Below, one piece after another: positions 9,223-18,399 of a DNA stretch of 64,000 nucleotides (within the stretch, counting starts at the first letter, position 1; every line of letters starts with the position of its first letter). The notes below the pieces were generated by a model. That model did no database searches, was not told where the DNA came from, and was given only the letters and a program-made list of their open reading frames with translations. The position numbers and the translations under genes are program-made. Source of the stretch: Bacteroidota bacterium (GTDB lineage Bacteria > Bacteroidota > Rhodothermia > Balneolales > Balneolaceae); NCBI GenBank assembly GCA_051746985.1, contig JBNJFP010000003.1, forward strand, positions 52,018-116,017. Reading direction: 5' to 3'.

Positions 9223-10236
9223 ATGCTTAAAGCAATTATCGCTATTCTGGGCGTCATTTTTTTTATCCCAACTAATCTTTTGGATTCCGAACTGGAGGAT
9301 CGATTTCGTGATATCGATGAAAACTTTAGCGGTAATATCGGTGTGTACGTCAAGGATCTGAAAAGTGATAAAACGGTGGATTATAATGCCGACCGTGACT
9401 GGTATCTGGCTTCGACCATAAAAATTCCGCTGGCGATAGACCTGTTACAAAGGGTGGAAGCAGGAGAGATTTCTCTGGATGATGAACTGGTTCTTGAAGA
9501 ATCAGACTACGTCGATGGCAGTGGAGATTTGCAAAACCAGGAGCCGGGAACCACATATACCGTTTTAGAACTGATCGAAAATATGATAAAAGACAGCGAC
9601 AGTACAGCCACCGATATGCTGATTCGATTGCTTGGGGAAGAGAAATTTAATGAACGAATTCGAAATAATATTGTAGCAGACATTCACCCTGTAACCACTA
9701 TTTTACAGGTGCGATACGATGCGTACGGTAAACTGCATAAACGAGCGGCCAACCTGAGTAACCTTGACTATATGGATCTGAAAACATTCAGTCCGCTGTC
9801 AGAACGGCTCGAAGAATTTATCAGACTCATTGAAGTGGAAAAGAGTGAATTAAAACAGGATTCTATTGTTGACGCATTTGAAACCTACTATCAGAGCAAA
9901 AAGAATTCGGGCAAGTTAACCGCAATGGGGACTATGATCGAACGGCTTGCCGAGGGAGAGCTGCTTAATGAAGAACACACCGAATTGCTTATCGATATTA
10001 TGACGGGAACTTTTACCGGAGACAATCGCATAAAGGCGGGTTTGCCGGATGGAGCTGATTTTGCCCATAAAACGGGCACTCAAATTGGACGCTCCTGCAA
10101 TATTGGACTTATGATCCCGGAGGGGGGCGACCATGAGGATGGCACCGTCGTAGCCACGTGCAGCGAGAAATACGGTCCCCTGCAAGAAGCCGAGGAGGCC
10201 ATGGCCAAAGTTGGGCAGTCGCTGTCAGACATCTGA
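9223..10236 (+). CDS. class A beta-lactamase-like serine hydrolase
   Basis: S-x-x-K (ASTIK), an SDS/SDN-like loop (DSDSTATD) and KTG (HKTGT) are present. ATG 9223 is preferred over the TTG at 9211. Confidence 0.75.
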   Translation: MLKAIIAILGVIFFIPTNLLDSELEDRFRDIDENFSGNIGVYVKDLKSDKTVDYNADRDWYLASTIKIPLAIDLLQRVEAGEISLDDELVLEESDYVDGSGDLQNQEPGTTYTVLELIENMIKDSDSTATDMLIRLLGEEKFNERIRNNIVADIHPVTTILQVRYDAYGKLHKRAANLSNLDYMDLKTFSPLSERLEEFIRLIEVEKSELKQDSIVDAFETYYQSKKNSGKLTAMGTMIERLAEGELLNEEHTELLIDIMTGTFTGDNRIKAGLPDGADFAHKTGTQIGRSCNIGLMIPEGGDHEDGTVVATCSEKYGPLQEAEEAMAKVGQSLSDI

Positions 10237-10276
10237 AGGTGAGGTTAGATCATTATGTATCTTTTCAGAAATTCGT

Positions 10277-10924
10277 TTATCCCGATCGAAAAATGAGCCC
10301 CCAGCTATCTCCTTTTTTCCAGGCTTTTCCTACATAGGTGCCGTAAACGGTTACCTGCTCCCACTCATCCGGGGTGATATCAATAGGTTCATAAGAGGGG
10401 TTTTCTGGTTGTAGGGTAATGCCATCGTTCTTTCTGCGGATGGTTTTCAAGGTCGTTTCCCCACGATAGCAGATAGCGCCAATCTCTCCATCGGCGGGTT
10501 CCCGGGGATCAATGATGATATAATCGCCATCGCGGATATCAGCATCTATCATGCTTTCTCCATCAACAATGAGGGCAAAATAGTGGTCGGATTGCTCGGG
10601 ATGAATCTCTACGGGCAGGTGTCCCAGGTTCTCACTAATTGCTTCGTGCATGGCTCCCGCCGCAATACGTCCCTTAACGGGGATACCGGGAAAAAATCCA
10701 GAAAGCTGATTTCTTTTACTGGGATGGATCTCGTACTGCCCCCGCTGAATATTAGACAGGTAGTGCTTTTTTGTGAGGCTCTGCAAATGCTGGTAGATAC
10801 TGTTTGAGGAGCTATATCCAAACTCATTTTGCATATCCTCATACGAGGGAAATTGTTGGTAATCTTCGTAATGGGAGAGAATATACTCCCAAAGTTTTTG
10901 CTGTTTGTCGGTAAGTGATTTCAT
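10277..10924 (-). CDS. lexA: LexA-type S24 repressor
   Basis: N-terminal winged-helix region, Ala-Gly cleavage site (RIAAGAMHEA), catalytic Ser in DGESM and Lys in TLKTIRRK. Confidence 0.85.
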   Translation of the reverse strand: MKSLTDKQQKLWEYILSHYEDYQQFPSYEDMQNEFGYSSSNSIYQHLQSLTKKHYLSNIQRGQYEIHPSKRNQLSGFFPGIPVKGRIAAGAMHEAISENLGHLPVEIHPEQSDHYFALIVDGESMIDADIRDGDYIIIDPREPADGEIGAICYRGETTLKTIRRKNDGITLQPENPSYEPIDITPDEWEQVTVYGTYVGKAWKKGDSWGLIFRSG

Positions 10925-10949
10925 AAGGCGCTAAAATACCATTTTTTAT

Positions 10950-10973
10950 ATGAAATAAAACATGAAATAAAAC
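10950..10973. repeat. perfect tandem 12-bp direct repeat in the lexA promoter region (candidate operator)
   Basis: ATGAAATAAAAC occurs twice with no gap, 26-49 nt upstream of the lexA ATG. Confidence 0.4.
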
Positions 10974-11129
10974 TTTTTTATGATGAAAAGAATTGAGCTA
11001 TCTTTTTAAAGAAGAGATTTTACATGACTATTATTGGTTTGTATTCTGGGGTGATATACATCAAACAAAACGCCACCGTATATTATATCGTTATGCAAGG
11101 TGAAAAAATGGAATTAATCCAGAGAACGT

Positions 11130-11549
11130 ATGAATATTGAGATTACCCGGGTAAATGATGCAGTTCACTTTAAAGCACAAAACAACGCCGGTAATACCGT
11201 CCACATAGATGGAGCTGAAGCCGTCGGTGGAGAGGGAAAAGGCATGCGCCCCATGGAACTGATGCTGGTTTCGGTGGCAAGCTGTAGTGCCGTCGATGTG
11301 GTTGAGATATTGAAAAAACAGCGCCAACCGTTAAAAAATATCCAGATTTCGGTCAGCGGTGAACGTCCCGAAAGTGGCGCTCCGCGTCCCTATAAATCTA
11401 TTGATCTGCACTTTACGCTATATGGCAATTTGGAGGAATCCAAAGTAGCGCGGGCAATTAAGCTGGCGGTTGAAGATTACTGTTCGGCGCGGGCTACTTT
11501 GTCGGATGATGTTGAGATAAGCCATAGCTTTGAAATAAAATTCGCTTAA
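11130..11549 (+). CDS. OsmC/Ohr-family peroxiredoxin-like protein
   Basis: 139 aa with the two conserved Cys contexts VASCSAVD and VEDYCSA. Confidence 0.8.
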   Translation: MNIEITRVNDAVHFKAQNNAGNTVHIDGAEAVGGEGKGMRPMELMLVSVASCSAVDVVEILKKQRQPLKNIQISVSGERPESGAPRPYKSIDLHFTLYGNLEESKVARAIKLAVEDYCSARATLSDDVEISHSFEIKFA

Positions 11550-11560
11550 GGAAATAGACT

Positions 11561-12397
11561 ATGAAAATTAATGACGAATTCTGTACGGAATTGATCGAAG
11601 CCCATGAGTCGGCCGATGTTTGTCTGGTGCCTGCCATGGTTGTTAAATGGTTTGAGAAAGTACTGGGATTACTGTTTCCCGAATTTTGTGATCGGACGTT
11701 TGCTGACAGGGATCAAATTATCGCTTATACTGAGGAGTTACGGAGCGAATTGGTGCAGCTCATTGTATGTGAAAATAAAGTGGGTCAGAATGAGGCTGAG
11801 GATATCGCTGATCAATTTTGTGAGACGCTCTCGGTGGTACGGAAAAAGCTGTTGAAAGATGTAGAGGCTATTTTTGAGGGCGATCCGGCGGCCCAAAGTA
11901 AAGGCGAGGTGATACGTACTTATCCCGGATTTTATGCCATGGCAGCTCATCGAATGGCACATCTGCTTTATGAGCGAGAGGTTCCGCTCATCCCCCGAAT
12001 AATCTCTGAGCACGCCCACAGCAAAACAGGCATCGATATTCATCCCGGGGCAAGAATTGGCGAATATTTCTGTATTGATCACGGTACGGGCATTGTGATT
12101 GGAGAAACGACCAAGATTGGAGATCAGGTGAAAATCTACCAGGGGGTCACGCTTGGGGCCATGAGCGTTAAAAAGTCGGATGCATCGAAAAAGCGGCATC
12201 CCACTATTGAAGATGGCGTGGTTATTTATGCCGGCGCCAGTATCCTCGGCGGCGACACCGTTATTGGCAAAAATAGCGTGATTGGCGGCAATGTGTGGCT
12301 GACCGAAAGCGTGCCAACCGAATCCACGATATACTACACTGCAAAAATGAGTCACAATAATGAGGGTGAATCCGATACTATTACTTACAAAACGTAA
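11561..12397 (+). CDS. cysE: serine O-acetyltransferase
   Basis: C-terminal left-handed beta-helix hexapeptide repeats (GIDIHPGARIG, GTGIVIGETTKIGD, GASILGGDTVIG). It is adjacent to the cysteine synthase gene with a 6-nt gap. Confidence 0.8.
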   Translation: MKINDEFCTELIEAHESADVCLVPAMVVKWFEKVLGLLFPEFCDRTFADRDQIIAYTEELRSELVQLIVCENKVGQNEAEDIADQFCETLSVVRKKLLKDVEAIFEGDPAAQSKGEVIRTYPGFYAMAAHRMAHLLYEREVPLIPRIISEHAHSKTGIDIHPGARIGEYFCIDHGTGIVIGETTKIGDQVKIYQGVTLGAMSVKKSDASKKRHPTIEDGVVIYAGASILGGDTVIGKNSVIGGNVWLTESVPTESTIYYTAKMSHNNEGESDTITYKT

Positions 12398-12403
12398 CTA
12401 TTT

Positions 12404-13282
12404 ATGAATATCGAAGACCTTATTGGCAATACGCCACTTGTTGAGATTAATTCAATTTCAACTAATCCCGATGTTACCATTTACTGTAAGCTGGAGGGAC
12501 AGAATCCCGGTGGAAGTGTTAAAGATCGTGCGGCCCTTGGGATGATTAATGGTGCGCTAGAGCGCGGTGATATCCAGCCGGGCGATAATCTGGTGGAGGC
12601 TACCAGCGGAAACACCGGTATAGCGCTGGCAATGATTGCCAAAATTAAAGGGTTGCAGATGACGTTGGTCATGCCCGAAGATACCACCCCCGAACGGATT
12701 AAAACGATGCGGGCGTACGGTGCCAAAGTACTGTTGACGCCTGCCGAAAAGACGATAGAGTATTCGCGGACCAAAGCCGAGGAGATGGCCGAAAGTGAGG
12801 AATACGTTATGCTGAATCAGTTTGGAAATGTTGACAATCCGGGTATGCACTACCACACTACTGGGCCGGAAATTTGGCGCGATACGGATGGGGAGATTAC
12901 TCATTTTGTTTCCGCAATGGGAACTACGGGGACCATTATGGGGGTGTCACGATATTTAAAAGAGCAAAATCCTGAGATACAAATTGTAGGTACCCAGCCA
13001 ACGGATGGATCCAGTATTCCTGGCATTCGCCGGTGGTCGCCTGAATTTCTGCCCGATATTTTTGAGGCAGACCGTGTGGATGAAATTGTGGATGTCAGCG
13101 AAGAGGAAGCGCGCAAGATGACGCGACGCATGGCCGCTGAGGAAAGTATCATGGCGGGCATGAGCAGTGGAGGGGCACTGGCCGCTGCGATAAAAATGGC
13201 AAATCAGATCAAAAAAGGGACTATCGTCTGTATTACCTGTGATCGTGGAGACCGGTACTTAAGCTCCGATCTTTTTGAGTGA
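12404..13282 (+). CDS. cysM: cysteine synthase (CysM-like O-acetylserine sulfhydrylase)
   Basis: PLP-lysine context NPGGSVKDRAALGMI and EATSGNTGIALAMIA closely resemble E. coli CysM as I recall it. 292 aa. Confidence 0.8.
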   Translation: MNIEDLIGNTPLVEINSISTNPDVTIYCKLEGQNPGGSVKDRAALGMINGALERGDIQPGDNLVEATSGNTGIALAMIAKIKGLQMTLVMPEDTTPERIKTMRAYGAKVLLTPAEKTIEYSRTKAEEMAESEEYVMLNQFGNVDNPGMHYHTTGPEIWRDTDGEITHFVSAMGTTGTIMGVSRYLKEQNPEIQIVGTQPTDGSSIPGIRRWSPEFLPDIFEADRVDEIVDVSEEEARKMTRRMAAEESIMAGMSSGGALAAAIKMANQIKKGTIVCITCDRGDRYLSSDLFE

Positions 13283-13393
13283 AGTTTTTCAGAGTATTTT
13301 AGGTGAAATAGTTTAATTTATAGAGAGAGGTTTAGAGAGAGCAATAGCAAAACGCTATAGCTTCGACATTTTATTATTGAGAATGCAATTGAA

Positions 13394-15922
13394 ATGATAG
13401 AGAGAGTATTTAAGGCGTTATACCCGTTTATAAATTATGTTATCACCTATCCTTTCAGGATTTTGCTGGTCAGTTTGTTGACTGCTTTTGTCGGATTTTG
13501 GCTTGCGACCAACCTCAAAATTGATAACGATCTCTCCAAACTTATCCCCCAGTCGTATCCCAGCGTGCAAGCGCTGAATACCTTACGAGAGCAAGTGGGG
13601 GCCGAAAATGAGATGGCCGTGGCCATCGAAAGTCCATCGTATGAAACCAACAAAAAGTTCGCCGAAGCGCTGATCCCCAAGGCGCTGGCGCTCATCAATC
13701 CTGAAACGACGGAACCATTTTTCAGGCGCGTCGAGTTTCGTAAAGAGATCGGTTTTCTCGAGGAGAATGCCCTGTATTTTGCCACCGACCAAGAACTGGA
13801 TTTGCTGCAGGAATTCTTGGAAACGCGAACCGAAGAGGCCAAACAAGAAGCCAATCCTTTTTACTTCGACTTTGGAGAGGAAGAGTCCACTACCGACTCG
13901 CTGGCAGGAGAGCTGGATTCGATGTATGACGAGCTGATCGGCTCGGAGTACCTGGTGTCGGATGATTCCCTTGCCATGGCCGTCAAGTTTTATCCCTCGG
14001 GTTCTCAAACCGATCTGCAATTTATTGAGGACGTTTACGATGCAATGCAGAAGTTGGTCGATGAGATGGAGCCTGCATCTTATCATCCCGAGATGGAAGT
14101 AACGCTGGCCGGTCGGCTCCTGCGAACGCTTATCGAAGTGGAAACCATCACCAAGGACGTTAAGGACTCGTTTGGTATTGGTGTGCTGATGCTCTTGCTG
14201 GTTGTAGTGTTGTACTTTTTTTATAAAAGCTATCGCATTTCAGCCGGCTCGAAATTTAATGGGCGGGTGCTTTTACAGGAAATCGTTCGCATTCCCACAA
14301 TTGTTGTCATTATGGCTTCGCCGCTTGTGATCAGCCTTTGCTGGACGTTCGGCATTGCCTACCTGCTGTTTGGAAATCTAAATATTATGACTTCCACGCT
14401 CGGTCTTTTGCTGTTTGGGATGGGGATTGATTTTGGGATCCATTTTTTTGCCCGGTACTCCGAAGAACGAGCCTCCGATCAAACCGTATCCGAAGCCTTG
14501 ATAACAACCTTCATGACTACCGGTCAGGCTGTAACGGCCGTGGGAATTACCACTTCGGCTGCTTTTTTGGTGCTAAGCATCGCGGATTTTAAGGGGTTCA
14601 GTGAGTTTGGGATAATTGCTGGACTCGGATTACTATTCGCCATCCTGGCCTATGTTGTTTTTCTGCCGGCGTTGATCAGCATCCTGGAACGTTTTCGATT
14701 TTTGAATTTAAAGGTCGCAACCGATCAGCAGGTAGCAGAGAAGCACCATATAAAAACACTTCTCAGCCCAAAACTTTTCGTGCCCTTAATTCTGTTTATC
14801 GGCATTGGTGTTACCGTTTATACGATTACCAATCTACCCAAAGTGACGTTCCAATATGATTTCAGCGAACTTGAGCCGGAATATGTTCGCTACCAGGAAC
14901 TGAACAGCAAAGTTCGAAAAGTCTATAGTGATCGGCGTACTCGGAACGCTGCTTACATCGTAACGGATACGCCGGAGGATGCCCAGAAAGTGGCAGAAGT
15001 ACTGCGGGAGCGTGCGGCGTCTGATACGCTGACGCCAACCATTGATCGGGTCGAAATATTCCAGGATCGCTTTCCTTTCTTGGAGCAGGAGGGAAACCAA
15101 AAGATCGACCGGATTGCAGAGATCAGAGAGCTTCTTTCGGATCCTTTTTTAGAAGGGCAGGACGACCGACAACTGGATCGGCTCAGGCAAGCGGCATCCA
15201 CGCAGCGGCTTATTTCCCTGGATGAAGTGCCCGACTTTTTACGCAATCCGTTTACCTCACAAAGCGGTGAGATTGGAAACTTGGTGCTTATTTATCCGGG
15301 TATAAGCTTGGGAGACGGACGTAATTCCATCAATTTTGCCGATGATGTCGGAGAAGTGCCTATCAGCGAAGATAAAACCTATTATGCGGGTTCTACCTCA
15401 ATTGTCGCTTCCGATATGCTTCGGCTGATGATTGACGAAGCGCCGGTGATGGTATCGCTGACGATCGTGATTATCATCATCCTAAAATTGGTGGTGCTGG
15501 GCAGTGTCAAATGGACGTTGTTGGCATTGCTGCCGCTACTTGCCAGTTTCGTGTGGATGTTTGGGCTGATGGTGCCGTTGGGGTGGCAGCTTAATTTTTA
15601 TAACCTGGTGGTGTTGCCCACGGTGCTGGGAATTGGAGACGACAGCGGTATTCACCTCGTGCACCGTTACTTGGAGGAGGGCAAAGGATCCATCGCAAAA
15701 GTGTTGCATTCCACTGGCGAACATATTACGGTAAGCGTCGCAACAACAATTATGGGGTTTGGCGGGCTGTTATTTTCTCTACATCCCGGGATGCAGTCCA
15801 TCGGGGAGTTGGCAATTTTAGGTATCGTGTTGACACTTTTGGCTGCCCTTTTTCTGTTACCTGCGGTACTGGTACTGATGGAAAAGAGGGAGGCTGCGAA
15901 GGAGATTTCATCTAAGGAATAA
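13394..15922 (+). CDS. MMPL/RND-superfamily exporter
   Basis: 842 aa arranged as two 6-TM bundles, each preceded by a large soluble loop. GIDFGIHF and GDDSGIHLVH lie in the TM bundles. Confidence 0.8.
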   Translation: MIERVFKALYPFINYVITYPFRILLVSLLTAFVGFWLATNLKIDNDLSKLIPQSYPSVQALNTLREQVGAENEMAVAIESPSYETNKKFAEALIPKALALINPETTEPFFRRVEFRKEIGFLEENALYFATDQELDLLQEFLETRTEEAKQEANPFYFDFGEEESTTDSLAGELDSMYDELIGSEYLVSDDSLAMAVKFYPSGSQTDLQFIEDVYDAMQKLVDEMEPASYHPEMEVTLAGRLLRTLIEVETITKDVKDSFGIGVLMLLLVVVLYFFYKSYRISAGSKFNGRVLLQEIVRIPTIVVIMASPLVISLCWTFGIAYLLFGNLNIMTSTLGLLLFGMGIDFGIHFFARYSEERASDQTVSEALITTFMTTGQAVTAVGITTSAAFLVLSIADFKGFSEFGIIAGLGLLFAILAYVVFLPALISILERFRFLNLKVATDQQVAEKHHIKTLLSPKLFVPLILFIGIGVTVYTITNLPKVTFQYDFSELEPEYVRYQELNSKVRKVYSDRRTRNAAYIVTDTPEDAQKVAEVLRERAASDTLTPTIDRVEIFQDRFPFLEQEGNQKIDRIAEIRELLSDPFLEGQDDRQLDRLRQAASTQRLISLDEVPDFLRNPFTSQSGEIGNLVLIYPGISLGDGRNSINFADDVGEVPISEDKTYYAGSTSIVASDMLRLMIDEAPVMVSLTIVIIIILKLVVLGSVKWTLLALLPLLASFVWMFGLMVPLGWQLNFYNLVVLPTVLGIGDDSGIHLVHRYLEEGKGSIAKVLHSTGEHITVSVATTIMGFGGLLFSLHPGMQSIGELAILGIVLTLLAALFLLPAVLVLMEKREAAKEISSKE

Positions 15923-16040
15923 ACGGGCGGATTCTCCCTACAACGAAATTCAGGTTATTGCCACAGGATAGCCCTTCAACTCCTCTCACTATTTATGGCG
16001 GTCAGATGATATCATACCCTAAAAAGAAAACGGGTTGCTT

Positions 16041-16526
16041 ATGAAAGAGATAACAACGGAACGAGAATTGTATCTGGAGTTGATTCAGGATATGTATCAT
16101 GCGGAAGTGTTGTTGATTCCGGAATTGCGATTATTTATTGAGAAATCTTCTTCAGAGACGTTAAAGAATCACGTGCAGAACCATCTTAAAAATTCGCGTT
16201 TGCATGTCACCCGGCTGGAAGAAATTCAGGAGAACTTGAATGCGGAATTCATGGAAGAGCATTGCAGAACGATGAAATCGATGATTCTGGAAACCAAAGA
16301 GCTTGTGGAGCGGTGTTCTGGAAATAAACTGACAGATCGGGCTATCGCTGCATCTTTGCACCGTATTACACAATGTCAGATTACGGTATATCAGATGCTG
16401 TTATCGATGGCAGATGAACTGAATTTTCGCGGCCATAAAAAAATATTGCAAGAATTATTAGAGGATGAACAAGTATTTGATCATGTGATGGGTGCAAGCG
16501 GATCGAAACGAAAAGTACAAGCATAA
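16041..16526 (+). CDS. DUF892 (YciE/YciF-like) ferritin-like stress protein
   Basis: About 160-aa helical protein. The N-terminus L..DMYHAE and overall pattern fit the DUF892 family. ATG 16041 is preferred over the TTG at 16035. Confidence 0.65.
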   Translation: MKEITTERELYLELIQDMYHAEVLLIPELRLFIEKSSSETLKNHVQNHLKNSRLHVTRLEEIQENLNAEFMEEHCRTMKSMILETKELVERCSGNKLTDRAIAASLHRITQCQITVYQMLLSMADELNFRGHKKILQELLEDEQVFDHVMGASGSKRKVQA

Positions 16527-16781
16527 CTTGTAAGAAAAAGTTCTACACCTGCATACATAAAGACCTTACGTTACACCAGCAATTAGCATATTATATTAAT
16601 TATAGATTTTAAGAGAGAGTAATTGACATACTGAAATTTACACGCTTTCGGGTTTTGCTACGGCAGTTCTCGAAAGAGACCTAAAAATTACCTGTAGGTT
16701 TCTATTGGGTTATCCGATAGGATTATCGAATAGTGTGTAACAGGGCCATTTGTCGGCATCTGAAAAGTGCCGGCATTCAAA

Positions 16782-16883
16782 GCCAGTGAGTAAGGGTGTC
16801 CTGTTAAAGGGACTGAGATCATACCTTCTGAACTTGAATCGGGTTATGCCGACGAAAGGAACATCACTGGCTTTTTTATTTTT
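16782..16883 (+). ncRNA. TPP riboswitch aptamer (THI element) with P1 directly followed by a U-tract; no downstream ORF
   Basis: GCCAGUGA..GGGUGUCCUGUUAAAGGGACUGAGAUCAUACCUU..ACUUGAAUCGGGUUAUGCCGACGAAAGGAA..UCACUGGC then UUUUUUAUUUUU. The CUGAGA and AUGCC..CGAAAGGAA cores and the P1-P5 pairings are all identifiable by eye. Confidence 0.8.
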
Positions 16884-16891
16884 AATCTCAA

Positions 16892-17644
16892 TTAGTGTAC
16901 CGTATATCCACCGTCAACCGCCAGGGTTTGTCCTGTAATAAAAGAGGCTTTGTCCGAGCAGAGCCAGACGACGGCTTCTGCTACTTCTTCGGGACGGCCA
17001 AACCGCCCCATGGGATGTGCCGCGATGAGGTCTTTGCGTTCTTGGCTATGACTGCCCACAAACCGGTCAATCATTGACGTTTGAATGGCACCCGGACACA
17101 CGGCGTTTACACGGATTCCCTGCTCGGCATATTCCAGGGCTGCTGTTTTCGTAAGTCCGTTAATGCCGTGCTTGCTGGACACGTAGGCCGGGATGCCCGA
17201 AAATCCCAGTAGTCCTGCAACAGAAGAAACGTTAACAATGGCCCCGCCGGAATGTTTAAGCATTTCCGGGATCTGGTATTTTATACAGAGCCAAGTGCCC
17301 CGAAGGTTGATATCCATGACCCGCGACCAGTTTTCGGCAGAGCACTCCGGCGTAAACGCTTGGTCACCTTCAATGCCAGCATTATTGCACGCATAATTCA
17401 GCTGGCCAAAACGGTCGATCGTTCCCTCGATAAGTGATTTAACCTGGCTTTCTTGACTGATATCTACTTCGAGGGCCAACCCTTTTTCTCCCGACTTTTT
17501 AATGAGCTCAAGGGTTTCTTTTGCTGACTCAAGATTTTTGTCAGCGACAACGACAAAAGCCCCGTGCACGGCAAAAAGTTCGGCCGTTGCTCTTCCGATA
17601 CCTGCTCCAGCGCCTGTAACTAACGCTACTTTTCCTTTCATCAT
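16892..17644 (-). CDS. short-chain dehydrogenase/reductase (SDR)
   Basis: TGAGAGIG Rossmann motif, NNAG, and catalytic S...YVSSK. Confidence 0.9.
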   Translation of the reverse strand: MMKGKVALVTGAGAGIGRATAELFAVHGAFVVVADKNLESAKETLELIKKSGEKGLALEVDISQESQVKSLIEGTIDRFGQLNYACNNAGIEGDQAFTPECSAENWSRVMDINLRGTWLCIKYQIPEMLKHSGGAIVNVSSVAGLLGFSGIPAYVSSKHGINGLTKTAALEYAEQGIRVNAVCPGAIQTSMIDRFVGSHSQERKDLIAAHPMGRFGRPEEVAEAVVWLCSDKASFITGQTLAVDGGYTVH

Positions 17645-17709
17645 AATTTTTTCTCCCCTAATGTTATAATTATCGATTGATAATAAGGATTAAAGGAGTC
17701 AGGTATCGA

Positions 17710-17724
17710 CAGGTAAAATCCTTA
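17710..17724. promoter_or_regulatory. candidate operator, TAGGrA-N3-TyCyTA family
   Basis: CAGGTAAAATCCTTA has 2 mismatches. It lies 66-80 nt upstream of the SDR ATG. Confidence 0.35.
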
Positions 17725-17932
17725 CGCAAAGATAGTGGATTTATGGGCAGATACTTACTTTTGTAACACTACATGATTTATGTCCCTCTTTAGCTAATAG
17801 CTTTGTAAGGTTTTGCTTTACGCACCTGCAAGTAACCTATCTACATCAAATTACACCAACAGAGCATCTCTTTGTTAGTCAGATATGTAGAACTTTACAG
17901 TGTTAATAAACCGCTAATTAAGCAATACAACA

Positions 17933-18391
17933 ATGAAATATTTAATTATGGTATCGCTGCTATTACTCTCATGGGGCAGTCATTCTTCGGTATTTGCCCA
18001 GCAAACCGGTCAGCAACAACAGCAGATGCAGAAACAGATGCAACAGATGATGCAAAATGTGAATGATCTCATGGACCGAACGCAAACCATGAACCAGGAG
18101 ATGAATCGCCGTATGCAGCAAGTCCAAAATGAGGAGATGAAAAACCAGTACCAGATGATGCATCGTTTTAATGAACAGATGCAACTTACCCTGGGTACGA
18201 TGAAAAATGCCGCTGAACGGTGCGACATGATGCAAAAAGATCAAACGATGATGAGGGACCGTGATATGCAGCGCGATATGGATCGCCTTCGCCAAAACCT
18301 GCAGGATATGACGAGTCAGGCTGACGAAGCCGTACAGACCATGGAGCGACTTACCAAGCGCTTGGGTCAGCAGGCAAAGGCTTCAAACTGA
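17933..18391 (+). CDS. secreted Met/Gln-rich coiled-coil protein
   Basis: Signal peptide is present. By my count the mature part has about 21 Met in about 128 residues, in MQxQM-type repeats. Confidence 0.6.
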   Translation: MKYLIMVSLLLLSWGSHSSVFAQQTGQQQQQMQKQMQQMMQNVNDLMDRTQTMNQEMNRRMQQVQNEEMKNQYQMMHRFNEQMQLTLGTMKNAAERCDMMQKDQTMMRDRDMQRDMDRLRQNLQDMTSQADEAVQTMERLTKRLGQQAKASN

Positions 18392-18399
18392 TATAATCA

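Noticed and set aside
11738-12355. Long antisense ORFs inside well-supported genes: 11738-12355 in cysE, 38485-39063 in the ATPase, 41371-41994 in the SQR-like gene, 13583-14086 in the MMPL gene, 12557-12904 in cysM and 54418-54786 in DLH2
   Set aside because: Each lies fully within a gene that has strong family motifs on the other strand. None carries a recognisable motif.
13321-13342. GA-rich direct repeat TAGAGAGAGG / TAGAGAGAGC upstream of the MMPL gene
   Set aside because: It is a short low-complexity repeat seen once, with no recognisable partner motif elsewhere apart from an AGAGAGAG run near 16610. Evidence for function is insufficient.
16750-16938. 62-aa + strand ORF in the DUF892/SDR intergenic region
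   Set aside because: It is made up almost entirely of the TPP aptamer and terminator sequence and runs into the convergent SDR gene, so it is not a plausible CDS.
17969-18295. Two - strand ORFs (108 and 72 aa) inside the Met/Gln-rich gene
   Set aside because: They are His/Leu or Cys/Ile low-complexity mirror images of the CAG/ATG-rich sense strand, which is an antisense artefact.
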